A program made the translations under genes and the position numbers. Positions 46,988 through 56,577 of a DNA stretch of 64,000 nucleotides are shown here, piece after piece. Under the pieces are notes generated by a model. That model had not been told where the DNA came from. It saw only the letters and a list, made by a program, of their open reading frames with translations, and made no database searches. The stretch is from Patescibacteria group bacterium. Lineage in GTDB: Bacteria > Patescibacteriota > Minisyncoccia > Phycocordibacterales > Phycocordibacteraceae. The stretch is from NCBI GenBank assembly GCA_029260935.1, contig JAJDCJ010000008.1, forward strand, positions 3,905-67,904, read 5' to 3'. Numbering within the stretch: the first letter of the stretch is position 1; each line of letters opens with the position of its first letter.

Positions 46988-47284
46988 ATGGTAGTTAGAA
47001 TGCGCCACACGCGATCGCATACAAAAAATCGCCGAAGTCACCACGCTTTGGATGGTGAGCGCGTGTCAGTATCAAAAGATAGTAATACTGTGCATCCTCG
47101 CCACAAGGCACTCCTTGACGGCACCCCGTACCGCGGCCGCTCGGTTATGGACAAAACAGCGCGCACCAAAAAAGGACATGTAGAGAAAACCGAAGCCAAG
47201 GCAGATGCAAAAGTCATAAAAAAAACAAAAGACGACGTGAAGGCGGAAAAAGACACAACTATAGACGAGCAAAAGAAAACATAG
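46988..47284 (+). CDS. rpmF: 50S ribosomal protein L32 with a Lys/Asp-rich extension
   Basis: MVVRMRHTRSHTKNRRSHHAL...PRH...YRGRSV; upstream of nusB-rnc. Confidence 0.85.
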   Translation: MVVRMRHTRSHTKNRRSHHALDGERVSVSKDSNTVHPRHKALLDGTPYRGRSVMDKTARTKKGHVEKTEAKADAKVIKKTKDDVKAEKDTTIDEQKKT

Positions 47285-47498
47285 CATGAGCGAGAAGCCC
47301 CCAAAGAAAGAATGGAATGTGGGGCACGCGGTTCTGGCAATTGTTTTTTATCTCTGTTTGGCAGCCACCCTTCTTTTCGGTAAAAACGACAAAACAAAAG
47401 AAAGTTAAAACACTCAGCCGAAGGGTCGGGTGTTTTTTTCTGTGGACTGCGAGGTGGCTCCCTTTATTCTTCGCGGTATACTAGGCACAGTTCTTTAT

Positions 47499-48377
47499 AT
47501 GGCATCACGACATCTTTCACGTATGAGTGCGCTTCAAGCGCTTTTCGCAGCCGATGTGTTTGGCGACCTATCGCTCAAGCACACGCTTTTAATGCTAGAG
47601 AACAACAGCTCGTCTCTTGAAAAACAAGATGAAGACACCTCATTTACCGTAGTACTCCTTAAGGGAATTATTGCAAAACGTGACGAGTTGGATGCTGTTA
47701 TAAAAAAAGCCGCACCTCAATGGCCACTTGAAAAGATCGCCACCATTGATAGAAACATTCTCCGCATCGGACTCTACGAGCTTTTATTCGGGGGCGAACT
47801 AGCAGTACCTCCAAAAGTTGCACTCAATGAATCAATTGAACTTGCCAAATCTTTCGGTGGCGACTCCAGCTCGCGTTTTGTAAACGGTGTGTTGGGTGGC
47901 GTGTATCGCGACCTCGGAAGTCCACGAAAAGACGAAGCACCCAAAAAAGAAGAAAAAGAATACTTAGCGGGAATTATGGTGTGTGCCTCTTACGGGGGCG
48001 AGCTTTATGTTGCTCTCGTTAAAGATCCATTTGATACATGGACACTCCCGAAAACTCACTATACGGAAGGTGAATTGTCAGACACAGCCGCCATGCGTGT
48101 CGCACGCGAGGAATTGGGGCTTGAAGATGTAGTACTCCAGGCGCCATTGTCAGAGCATGAATATGATGCCCATGAACCAAAAGCTGGAGTAGTAAGAAAA
48201 AAAGTCGGCTACTTCCTTGCATGCTCAAAAAAGACCCCACTCTCCAAACAAAAAGGGAAACATGTGCTTGATGCACAGTGGTTTAACGTTGATGCGTTGG
48301 ATGAAATTACCATGTATGACGACTTGCGCAATAGCGTGCAATCAGGTATTCTCGTGGCACAAAGTACGTGTATATGA
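47499..48377 (+). CDS. nusB: NusB fused to a NUDIX-like domain
   Basis: SRHLSRMSALQALF, IDRNILRIG, ALNESIELAKSFG, FVNGVLG; C-terminal WTLPK...GE...AAMRVAREELGL. Confidence 0.9.
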   Translation: MASRHLSRMSALQALFAADVFGDLSLKHTLLMLENNSSSLEKQDEDTSFTVVLLKGIIAKRDELDAVIKKAAPQWPLEKIATIDRNILRIGLYELLFGGELAVPPKVALNESIELAKSFGGDSSSRFVNGVLGGVYRDLGSPRKDEAPKKEEKEYLAGIMVCASYGGELYVALVKDPFDTWTLPKTHYTEGELSDTAAMRVAREELGLEDVVLQAPLSEHEYDAHEPKAGVVRKKVGYFLACSKKTPLSKQKGKHVLDAQWFNVDALDEITMYDDLRNSVQSGILVAQSTCI

Positions 48378-49072
48378 CCCATGATAAAAAACCAGCATTC
48401 AGGGCTTTTTTAAAGCGAGCAGGGATTTCGTTTACTGACGAGACCCTTTTGAAGACAGCGTTTACCCACCGCTCATACCTGAACGAATCACACATTGAAG
48501 GTGAGCATAACGAGCGTCTTGAATTCTTGGGGGATGCGGTGCTAGAGCTTGTGGTAACTGATTACTTATTTAGAACATACCCAGACATTCCGGAGGGACA
48601 GTTGACTGCATATCGCGCGGCCCTCGTTAACTCAACAATGCTCGGGGATATTGCAGAAGAGCTTGGTATGAACGAATGTCTTTTTCTCTCAAAAGGTGAA
48701 GCAAAAGACACGGGGCGCGCGCGCTCGTCAATTTTGGCCGATACATTTGAAGCAGTCGTCGGTGCGCTGTACATGGATCAAGGGTACGAAGCATCCGATA
48801 GGTTTATTACACAGTATGTTTTGTCCCGCACAGAGAACATGATTGAAAGTGGTGCGTGGAGGGATGCAAAAAGTGCATTTCAAGAATATGCACAAGCAAC
48901 ACATGGTTTCACCCCACGATATGAAGTAGTGCGTGCCGAAGGACCCGACCACGACAAGCATTTTGTAGTTTCAGTGTTGGTGGGCGAGGAAGTAATGGGC
49001 GAAGGTGAGGGAAGCTCAAAACAACACGCAGAGCAAAACGCCGCCGAAATCGCCCTCGCCGCCAAAAAATAA
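48374..49072 (+). CDS. rnc: Ribonuclease III
   Basis: AFTHRSY, HNERLEFLGDAVLEL, ADTFEAVVGALY, dsRBD with AEQNAA. Confidence 0.97.
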   Translation: MTHDKKPAFRAFLKRAGISFTDETLLKTAFTHRSYLNESHIEGEHNERLEFLGDAVLELVVTDYLFRTYPDIPEGQLTAYRAALVNSTMLGDIAEELGMNECLFLSKGEAKDTGRARSSILADTFEAVVGALYMDQGYEASDRFITQYVLSRTENMIESGAWRDAKSAFQEYAQATHGFTPRYEVVRAEGPDHDKHFVVSVLVGEEVMGEGEGSSKQHAEQNAAEIALAAKK

Positions 49073-49132
49073 GCAGTCGCTGTGCGGTATCCTCCCTAAA
49101 TAGGGCTGTTTTTCTGTTACACTAAAAAGACA

Positions 49133-49399
49133 ATGCCGAATTCAGTTATTTTTAATGAAGAAGAACCGTTGGGCACACTGGTTGCACCTACACCACAAAA
49201 AGCCGGGCTGACACGCTCTATAATGCGTGCTGGTTTTGCAGGATCAATGGGGGATGCCAGTATATTACTTGCCGTGGGGGCAGCCGTCATGATAGGCATT
49301 AGTTTTTTTATTCTTGCCTCTGCCATACAGGAGCCACCACAGCTAGGAAACGACGTCCTTCGTAGTGATGAAGTAGTTCCTGACTACGTCCCACGGTAA
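49133..49399 (+). CDS. Small single-TM hypothetical protein
   Basis: 88-aa ORF; TACACT 9 nt upstream. Confidence 0.6.
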   Translation: MPNSVIFNEEEPLGTLVAPTPQKAGLTRSIMRAGFAGSMGDASILLAVGAAVMIGISFFILASAIQEPPQLGNDVLRSDEVVPDYVPR

Positions 49400-49411
49400 T
49401 ATATCGTTGCT

Positions 49412-49927
49412 ATGCCTCACGTAAAAACACAGTATACAATACGCGGGTTTACACTCATTGAACTCATCGTGGTCATTGCAATTATTGGCATGCTTTCAAG
49501 TGTGGTACTCGCACTTCTTTCAAGTGCCCAAAAAGACGCAAAAGACAAACGAAGAATTTCGGACATGAAGCAATTACAGAATGCGCTTGAGTTGTACCAC
49601 GTTGACCGCAGAGAGTATCCAAAAGAATCAGAAGGTGCAAATGGCAACATTACAACGAATGCAACGTTTAAAGCACTCCTCAAACCCTACCTTCGCGGAA
49701 CCCCAACCGACCCAATAGACAGTGGTGCATTTTCCTATTATTACGACGGTGCGCACCTGTGTGGTGGAAAGTTGTACGTGGTTATTTTCGCACGCCAAAT
49801 GGAAGACCCAAGTAATGCCAACTACGATCAGTTTCTTAACAGTACGTGCCTCGGTGCAGTAGACGGTGAAGGGCGTGGTGGCGGAGTGGAGTCGTATAAT
49901 ATTCGGGTGGGCCCGAGTAGTGGATAG
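49412..49927 (+). CDS. Type IV pilin / pseudopilin
   Basis: RGFTLIELIVVIAIIGMLSSVV N-methylation motif; D..RISDMKQLQNALELY. Confidence 0.92.
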   Translation: MPHVKTQYTIRGFTLIELIVVIAIIGMLSSVVLALLSSAQKDAKDKRRISDMKQLQNALELYHVDRREYPKESEGANGNITTNATFKALLKPYLRGTPTDPIDSGAFSYYYDGAHLCGGKLYVVIFARQMEDPSNANYDQFLNSTCLGAVDGEGRGGGVESYNIRVGPSSG

Positions 49928-49957
49928 TCAATTTTCGTATCGTACAATACAAGCACT

Positions 49958-52129
49958 ATGCATCTTAGTAAATTAGAAGTTTCTGGGTTCAAATCATTTG
50001 CCAAAAAAACGGCATTTTATTTTGGAGCGCCGGTGGTCGGTATTGTGGGTCCGAACGGGTCGGGAAAATCAAACGTAGCAGAGGCAATTCGGTTTGTTTT
50101 GGGTGAGCAGTCAATGAAATCAATGCGTGGCAAACGTGGTGAGGACCTCATCTGGAACGGATCAAACACTGTGCCACGCGCAAACAGAGCGAGCGCTATA
50201 CTGACCTTTAACAACACATCACGTTTTTTAGATGTTGATTTTGATGAGGTAAGTATAGAACGTGTCGTTAATCGCGATGGCACGAATGAGTACCGCCTCA
50301 ATGGGAGCATAGTGCGCCTTAAAGATATTGTGGCGCTTCTTGCAGGCGCCAACATTGGTCAAACCGGACACCATATTATCTCCCAAGGTGAAGCTGATAA
50401 AATCCTATCGGCATCTCCTCGGGAGCGCCGTGAAATGCTAGAAGATGCACTAGGGCTTAAAGTATTTCAATACAAAAAAGATGAAAGCGTACGTAAGCTT
50501 GAAAAGACAGAAGAGAACATGCGCCACGTTGAGGCGTTGAGAAAAGAAGTACAACCACATCTACGTTTTTTAAAACGACAAGTAGATAAGATACAAAAAA
50601 CAGAAACACTGCGGAATGAAGCACAATCTCGTTTTCAAACGTATTTTCAAAAAGAAGATGCCTATATTCGCCACACAAAAGAAACGCTGACACGTAAAAA
50701 AGAAACCCTTGACGCTCAGATACAGGAAGTGAGTGTGAGTATCAAAGATGCACGGGCAACACTGTCGCAGTCAAGTAATTCGTCTGATACTGAGCGTATC
50801 GTCTCTTTGTCCGAGAATGTAGAGCAGGTGCGTGAGCAAAGAAGGGTAGCACTTCAGGAAGGTGCACGCATTGAAGGACAGTTGGAGGCGCTTGAACATA
50901 TAGCTCCGGAGGAAACACTCCCGCGTGCAGAGTTAGAGCGCTTTCTTCAAGAACAGGAACGTGCGTTTGGTGAAAACCACACCTCACTTGAAAGTGCAGT
51001 GCAATTTACCAAAACACTCTTTACTTCATTGAGGCAACTCCTGCGTGGACCCAGTGCCGACACCTCAAAAATAAACGAGCTTAAAAAACTCAAACAAGAA
51101 AAAGACGAAAAGGAAAAACAGTTGGCACTTAAAGAGCGTGAGCACACTGAACAACTAGATGCCATTAGAGGAGAGTTGGAGGAGAGTAGGACCACTGAGC
51201 GTGAAAAAGAGCGCGCACTGTTTGGACTCACCGCCAAAGAGCGCGAACTGAGGCATGCGCTTGATTTAATTCAAACTCACGTGCGTACTCTTCTTCTTGA
51301 GGAAGAAGAGTATACACGCGAACTTAGTGAGGTTGGCACACTTATCGGACACGCGGCAATTTCTTTTGGGAAAAGCGAATACACAGAAACACCACGCGAC
51401 GGTCAACGCTCAGAAAAAAACGACCTCCAGAAAATTAAAATACGTTTAGAGGAAGCAGGTGCTTCAGGAGGGGCTGAGGTGCTCACGGAATATAAAGAGG
51501 TGAGTGAAAGAGAGACATTTCTTGAAAAAGAAATACACGACCTCACTCTTTCCTCGGAGAGTCTACGCTCACTCACGGCCGACCTTGATTCGGAATTAAG
51601 CTCGCGTTTTAAAGTAGGTATGCTCTCAATCAATAAAGCATTTTCAGAGTTCTTTTCAATTATGTTTGACGGTGGCTCCGCTTCCTTGGTGTTTGTAAAA
51701 GAGCCACCACGCAGAATAAGAAACGTACTGGACGAAGATGACAACGGTGTGCCGGACGATAGGGAGCGTATGGTTGAGGGCATTGACGTGTCACTTTCAA
51801 TACCACGCAAGCGCATCAAAAGTTTAGTGATGCTCTCAGGAGGGGAACGCGCACTTACGTCAATTGCGCTTATTTTTGCAATGAGCTCAGTAAACCCGCC
51901 GCCATTTCTCGTGCTTGATGAAACTGATGCCGCACTTGACGAGGCAAACAGTAGGCGCTACGGCGATATGATTAAGTCACTTTCTGAAAAATCACAACTT
52001 GTATTGATTACACATAACCGCGAAACTATGAGTCGCGCACACATTCTCTATGGCGTCACCATGGGGGGCGATGGAGTATCCAAAACACTTTCAATAAAAC
52101 TTGAAGACGCAGTCCAAGTAGCCAAGTAA
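49958..52129 (+). CDS. smc: SMC-family ATPase, short form (723 aa)
   Basis: GFKSFA, GPNGSGKSN (Walker A), IISQG, LSGGE, LVLDETDAALD, ITHN. Confidence 0.9.
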   Translation: MHLSKLEVSGFKSFAKKTAFYFGAPVVGIVGPNGSGKSNVAEAIRFVLGEQSMKSMRGKRGEDLIWNGSNTVPRANRASAILTFNNTSRFLDVDFDEVSIERVVNRDGTNEYRLNGSIVRLKDIVALLAGANIGQTGHHIISQGEADKILSASPRERREMLEDALGLKVFQYKKDESVRKLEKTEENMRHVEALRKEVQPHLRFLKRQVDKIQKTETLRNEAQSRFQTYFQKEDAYIRHTKETLTRKKETLDAQIQEVSVSIKDARATLSQSSNSSDTERIVSLSENVEQVREQRRVALQEGARIEGQLEALEHIAPEETLPRAELERFLQEQERAFGENHTSLESAVQFTKTLFTSLRQLLRGPSADTSKINELKKLKQEKDEKEKQLALKEREHTEQLDAIRGELEESRTTEREKERALFGLTAKERELRHALDLIQTHVRTLLLEEEEYTRELSEVGTLIGHAAISFGKSEYTETPRDGQRSEKNDLQKIKIRLEEAGASGGAEVLTEYKEVSERETFLEKEIHDLTLSSESLRSLTADLDSELSSRFKVGMLSINKAFSEFFSIMFDGGSASLVFVKEPPRRIRNVLDEDDNGVPDDRERMVEGIDVSLSIPRKRIKSLVMLSGGERALTSIALIFAMSSVNPPPFLVLDETDAALDEANSRRYGDMIKSLSEKSQLVLITHNRETMSRAHILYGVTMGGDGVSKTLSIKLEDAVQVAK

Positions 52130-52312
52130 GGCATGAGGGAATAAGGTGCCCGGTACTAAGGAATAAGGTGCGAGGCGCTAGGTGACAGAAAAATTAGGAC
52201 ATCCGATGTCCTAATATGACAAGGCGAGGCGCTAGGTAACAGGTGACACACATAAGAAAAATTAGGACATCCGATGTCCTAATATACCAGAGGCCCGGGC
52301 CTCTGGTATATT
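52130..52312. repeat. Mosaic repeat island: AGG-rich short repeats, two GGACATC-C-GATGTCC palindromes and a 32-bp perfect palindrome
   Basis: agaaaaattaggacatccgatgtcctaatat at 52187 and 52255; aatataccagaggccc-gggcctctggtatatt at 52281-52312. Confidence 0.8.
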
Positions 52313-52377
52313 GCTATTAAAACTAAACCCTCAACTCTAAAACAAACCTCAAAAAAAGAGTCTGTATAATAGGGTGT

Positions 52378-53670
52378 ATGAACGACGAAAACAAGCATCC
52401 ATTTAAAGAGTTTCTTGCATACGTGGCACGCGCCCAAGCACTATTAGGTCTTTCAGACGCCGATGTAGGCTCCCTGCTTGAAGCAAATGCCATCATTAGA
52501 AAAGACCTTTCTGTGTCGCGTGGCGGTAAGCCGACAAAACTGCCGGCATACCGTATTCAATTTTCAAATGCTCGTGGCCCCTACAAAGGCGGTATTCGTT
52601 TTCATCCGGACGTTGATGAAGAGGAAATAAAGGCGCTTGCCGCAATGATGGCAGTGAAAAGCGCTGTAATTAAGATTCCATTCGGTGGGGCAAAGGGTGG
52701 GGTCCAGTTTAATCCCAAGGACTATTCAAAAGATGAAGTGCATATGGTGGCACGCGAGTTTGTGCAGGCGTTTTATGAGTACATGGGTCCTAACAAAGAC
52801 ATACCTGCTCCTGACATTTCAACTGACGCAAAAATTATGGGAGTTATGGTGGATGCATATGAAGGTGTGGCGCAGGAAAGCGCTCCAGCTTCTTTTACCG
52901 GTAAGCCAATTTCGCTTGGCGGTATTGATGGGCGTGATACTGCAACGGCGCTTGGTGGCATTATGGTGTTGGAATCCTATGTGAAAGAGGTCGGTTTAAA
53001 ATCAGAGAACCTAAGAGTTGCAATTCATGGTTTTGGTAATGTAGGCGCCCACGCCGCGGTTTTGTTGCACGACCGCGGCTACCTCGTGGTGGGGCTTGCC
53101 GACACAAAGGGCTCGGTTATGGCAAGCCATGGACACAGCCTTGATCCAAATGAGTTTGTGCGTGTCAAAAAAGAAACCGGCTCTATCGGAAAAATGTATT
53201 GCACTGAAAAGGGGTGTGATGAGAAAAAAATGCACGAAGACCATGTGACAGTGGGAGAATCAACTGATGTACTCACCATGCGGGCTGACATTATAGTGCC
53301 GGCAGCTGTCGGAGGCGTTATCACCACATCAGTTGCCAAGAAAATGAAAGCAAAAATTGTTCTTGAACTGGCAAACGGCCCTACCGTGGCCTCGGCTGAT
53401 GAAATTCTTGAAAGTAACAACGTAACGGTTATTCCTGATGTTTTGGCAAACGCTGGCGGAGTGTCGGTGTCATACTTTGAATGGCTCTCAGGAAGAACAG
53501 GGGAGCAGTTTACCCGTGCTATGGTAGCTGACCGTCTTTCCACATTGATGGAGTCAGCGTGGAAAGACATCTCTCGTTTTTCAATGCAGAAAAAGGTATC
53601 TTTACGTACCGCTGCCTACGCACTTGGTATGGAGCGTATTTTACAAGCGGAACGTGACCGTGGGCGTTAA
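52378..53670 (+). CDS. Glu/Leu/Phe/Val (glutamate) dehydrogenase
   Basis: RGPYKGGIRFHP, PFGGAKGG, DIPAPD, GFGNVG, ELANGP, PDVLANAGGV.VSYFEW. Confidence 0.93.
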   Translation: MNDENKHPFKEFLAYVARAQALLGLSDADVGSLLEANAIIRKDLSVSRGGKPTKLPAYRIQFSNARGPYKGGIRFHPDVDEEEIKALAAMMAVKSAVIKIPFGGAKGGVQFNPKDYSKDEVHMVAREFVQAFYEYMGPNKDIPAPDISTDAKIMGVMVDAYEGVAQESAPASFTGKPISLGGIDGRDTATALGGIMVLESYVKEVGLKSENLRVAIHGFGNVGAHAAVLLHDRGYLVVGLADTKGSVMASHGHSLDPNEFVRVKKETGSIGKMYCTEKGCDEKKMHEDHVTVGESTDVLTMRADIIVPAAVGGVITTSVAKKMKAKIVLELANGPTVASADEILESNNVTVIPDVLANAGGVSVSYFEWLSGRTGEQFTRAMVADRLSTLMESAWKDISRFSMQKKVSLRTAAYALGMERILQAERDRGR

Positions 53671-53794
53671 AATACCCCCCCTCGTAGAGGGGTTTCTAGA
53701 TATATGTTGCTAATCCCCATACTGTCTACACCAGACGTTGATGTTGTGTTTAAAGGGGTACACTAAAAGTGGTTACTAATAATTAATAGATTAT

Positions 53795-54181
53795 ATGGAT
53801 ATTTCATTGTTCCTCGCTCAAGCATTCGGAATATATTTCGTCGTGATGGGTCTCGTCATGTTCAGACGCAATACCATTAGTATGATAATTTCTTCTTTCG
53901 CCGAAAATCGTGCACTGAAGTTTTTCGCAGGTGTTTTTATACTCATACTTGGTATTATTCTCGTGCTTGTGCATAACATCTGGGAAGGACCAGCGTGGCA
54001 GGTGGTTATCACAGTGTTTGCATGGCTTACGTTCATTAAAGGTATTTTCTATCTTCTTGTGCCACAAAATATCTACATGGGGTTGGTTCGCGCACTCAAC
54101 AAATCAAATGTATTCCTTGTAGGAGGTATTGTTGCTGTAGTAATAGGAGTATGGCTTGCCTCAATCGGCTTTGGCTACTAG
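53795..54181 (+). CDS. Small 4-TM membrane protein (paralog of 20362..20751)
   Basis: Shared N-terminus and HN.W motif. Confidence 0.8.
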   Translation: MDISLFLAQAFGIYFVVMGLVMFRRNTISMIISSFAENRALKFFAGVFILILGIILVLVHNIWEGPAWQVVITVFAWLTFIKGIFYLLVPQNIYMGLVRALNKSNVFLVGGIVAVVIGVWLASIGFGY

Positions 54182-54205
54182 TTCCGTTTCCCTCAACATG
54201 TTTCT

Positions 54206-54242
54206 GAAAACACCGGCGCGTCTAAAGAGCGCCGGTGTTTTC
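54206..54242 (+). terminator. Intrinsic terminator
   Basis: gaaaacaccggcgc...gcgccggtgttttc. Confidence 0.7.
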
Positions 54243-54330
54243 TATCCTTTCTCCAAAATGTTTTCTATTCTTTTCTTCTCACAAAACTGCCAACTCTAAA
54301 AACTATCAAGAGCAGTCTTGTGAATGTGAA

Positions 54331-54381
54331 AGAAACCCCTCCCATTACGGAAGTCTGACTTCCGTAATGGGAGGGGTTTCT
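54331..54381. repeat. GGAAGTC-T-GACTTCC palindrome with 25-bp arms
   Basis: agaaacccctcccattacggaagtc-t-gacttccgtaatgggaggggtttct. Confidence 0.9.
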
Positions 54382-54449
54382 CAGCGTTTTATTTCACTGT
54401 GATTTCCACAGTTTTTTCGCTAGGAGTGTCACGCCTTCTCTTTCTTTGT

Positions 54450-54477
54450 AGCAAAACTTGATATATCAAGTTTTGCT
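54450..54477. repeat. 28-bp perfect palindrome
   Basis: agcaaaacttgata-tatcaagttttgct. Confidence 0.7.
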
Positions 54478-54555
54478 TTAATGTTATTTACTGGAGGCAC
54501 TGGTCGTGAATAAACAAGGTTAAGTTAGAGTAAAAAACATCTATACAAGTAGTTT

Positions 54556-56478
54556 TTATTTAATAAGTCGAAAATCAATAGTTCGCTCGTCTAGATTCAC
54601 TTTCTCAACGGTAAAAGACACGGGGTCGCCAAGACGAATAGTCGCGCCAGTGCGACTACCCACTGCCGCAAACTTTTTTCTATCGTGTACGTATGTGTCG
54701 TCAGTTAAGGTTGCAAGGCGCACCATGCCGTCAGCGTCGCTTTCTGTGTCTCGGATAAAAATACCCCAATCGGTAATGCCGGACACCACACCTTCTCGTT
54801 TCTCTCCGATGTGTTTTGCAAAATACTCAACTTGTTTGAACTTAACGCTAGCGCGCTCCGCCTCAACCGCAAGTGCTTCGCGTGCGCTTGCGTGGAGCGA
54901 GCGCTGTTCCTGTTCCTCAGGCGTTACTTCAAGTTCCTCTCCAAGCAAAAGTTTGCATATGGTGCGGTGCACAATTAAATCCGGGTAGCGTCGTATTGGG
55001 GACGTGAAGTGGGTATAGAAGGGAAACGCCAGCCCGAAATGCCCGATATTTTTTGTCGTGTAAATGGCCTTTGCCATAGTGCGAATAGTTGCCGTACGAA
55101 TCAGGTTCTCCTCAGGGGTGTCTTTTATGGTGTCAAACAACTCGTTTAAATCCTTCACCGAAACACCTTGTTTATTAAGCGAGAGCGAATGGCCAATAGC
55201 GCGCAAAAACGAAATAAGCTCGTCCAAACGCTCTTCTTTTGGTTTATCGTGGACACGGTATACAAACAGCTGACTTTTTTTGCCCAGTTTTTGCGAGCCA
55301 TAGGTGGCAACTTCTCGGTTTGCCAAAAGCATCAACTCCTCAATCAATTGATGGCTCTCCGTATGTATAATTTTTTCAAATCCAACCACCTGCTTGTGTG
55401 CATCAAGAGTTGGACGTATCTCGTCAACGTCAAACATAATAGCGCCGTTCTTTTTTCTCCCCGTGCGTAAGGTAGATGCCAGTTTCCACAAAAACGATAA
55501 TTCGTCATTAAACTGTTCCTTAGGATCTTTGAGTATACGGTCAGCATCCTCGTAGGTGAGGCGTTTGTCTGAGTTAATGACTCCACGTGTAAAGCGTCTA
55601 TCCGCCACTTCGTTTTTCTCGTTTATAGTAAATACCGCAGAAAAGGTAAGGCGGTCTTCATTTGGGCGCAAACTACAGAGGTCTTCTGAAAGTTGCGGTG
55701 GCAACATAGGAATAGTGCGGTCAACCAAGTACACGCTTGTTGCCCGCTTATACGCCTCGTCGTCAAGTGCGGTGTTAGGACGCACAAAAAAAGAAACATC
55801 TGCAATATGTACACCAACTTCATATGTACCCTCCTCAGTTTTTTTCAAAGAAATAGCGTCATCAAAATCCTTTGCGTCCTTCGGGTCAATAGTCAGCGTG
55901 AGTGTGTCTCTGAAATCTTCCCGGCTTTTCAAGTCTTCATTAGTCCACCTACTCTCATACAAAGACTGTGCTTCATCAATAACTACTTTAGGGAAGTCGC
56001 TGTCAAACCCACGAGCAACCACAATTGCCTTCATTTCAGTTTCATGCTTGCCGGCCACGCCCAGCACACTATCAACTTCCACAGTCTCTTTCAAATGCTC
56101 CCACGAAGTTACTTTGGCGACCACCTTATCGCCCACTACGCCTCCTAAGGCCCCTTCAACACGGAAGTCAAAATACACACGCGTATCATCAGGTTTAAGG
56201 TAGGTGCCGTCTCTTTTTTTCACCAACTCACCTACAAATTGTTCCGTTTTTCGCTCAAGGACCTTAACCACACGCCCCATTTTTTTGCCATATTTTCTCT
56301 CGCGTGTAATTTCAATAAGGTCGCCTGAAAGCGCTCCACCAAGCCATTCTGCAGGTATTTCAATATCGTCAGTGTTTTCCTGAAGTAAAAATCCCTTTCC
56401 ACTTTTGGTCACTGAAACAATACCCGATAGCTTACCCTGCAACACCTGATGTGATTTTTTCCTATGCCCTTTCTCCAT
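54556..56478 (-). CDS. rnr: Ribonuclease R
   Basis: TIDPKDAKDFDDAIS, VHIADVS, LIEELMLLAN, YTHFTSPIRRYPDL, C-terminal S1. Confidence 0.95.
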   Translation of the reverse strand: MEKGHRKKSHQVLQGKLSGIVSVTKSGKGFLLQENTDDIEIPAEWLGGALSGDLIEITRERKYGKKMGRVVKVLERKTEQFVGELVKKRDGTYLKPDDTRVYFDFRVEGALGGVVGDKVVAKVTSWEHLKETVEVDSVLGVAGKHETEMKAIVVARGFDSDFPKVVIDEAQSLYESRWTNEDLKSREDFRDTLTLTIDPKDAKDFDDAISLKKTEEGTYEVGVHIADVSFFVRPNTALDDEAYKRATSVYLVDRTIPMLPPQLSEDLCSLRPNEDRLTFSAVFTINEKNEVADRRFTRGVINSDKRLTYEDADRILKDPKEQFNDELSFLWKLASTLRTGRKKNGAIMFDVDEIRPTLDAHKQVVGFEKIIHTESHQLIEELMLLANREVATYGSQKLGKKSQLFVYRVHDKPKEERLDELISFLRAIGHSLSLNKQGVSVKDLNELFDTIKDTPEENLIRTATIRTMAKAIYTTKNIGHFGLAFPFYTHFTSPIRRYPDLIVHRTICKLLLGEELEVTPEEQEQRSLHASAREALAVEAERASVKFKQVEYFAKHIGEKREGVVSGITDWGIFIRDTESDADGMVRLATLTDDTYVHDRKKFAAVGSRTGATIRLGDPVSFTVEKVNLDERTIDFRLIK

Positions 56479-56541
56479 GGGGGCACTATATCATCTATCG
56501 TCAATAAAGAGAGTTATGTCCTTGTCACAGCCCTTCTGCAA

Positions 56542-56570
56542 TTGACCTTTCCCCCTTTGTTTGCTACAGT
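56542..56570 (+). promoter_or_regulatory. Sigma70 promoter 7 nt before the rpsP ATG (leaderless-type)
   Basis: TTGACC-17 nt-TACAGT with extended TG. Confidence 0.6.
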
Positions 56571-56577
56571 TTCCCAC

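Noticed and set aside
52187-52285. CRISPR array (31-bp palindromic repeat x2, 37-nt spacer)
   Set aside because: Only two copies, the spacer repeats neighbouring sequence, there are no cas genes, and the core is a variant of the REP family.
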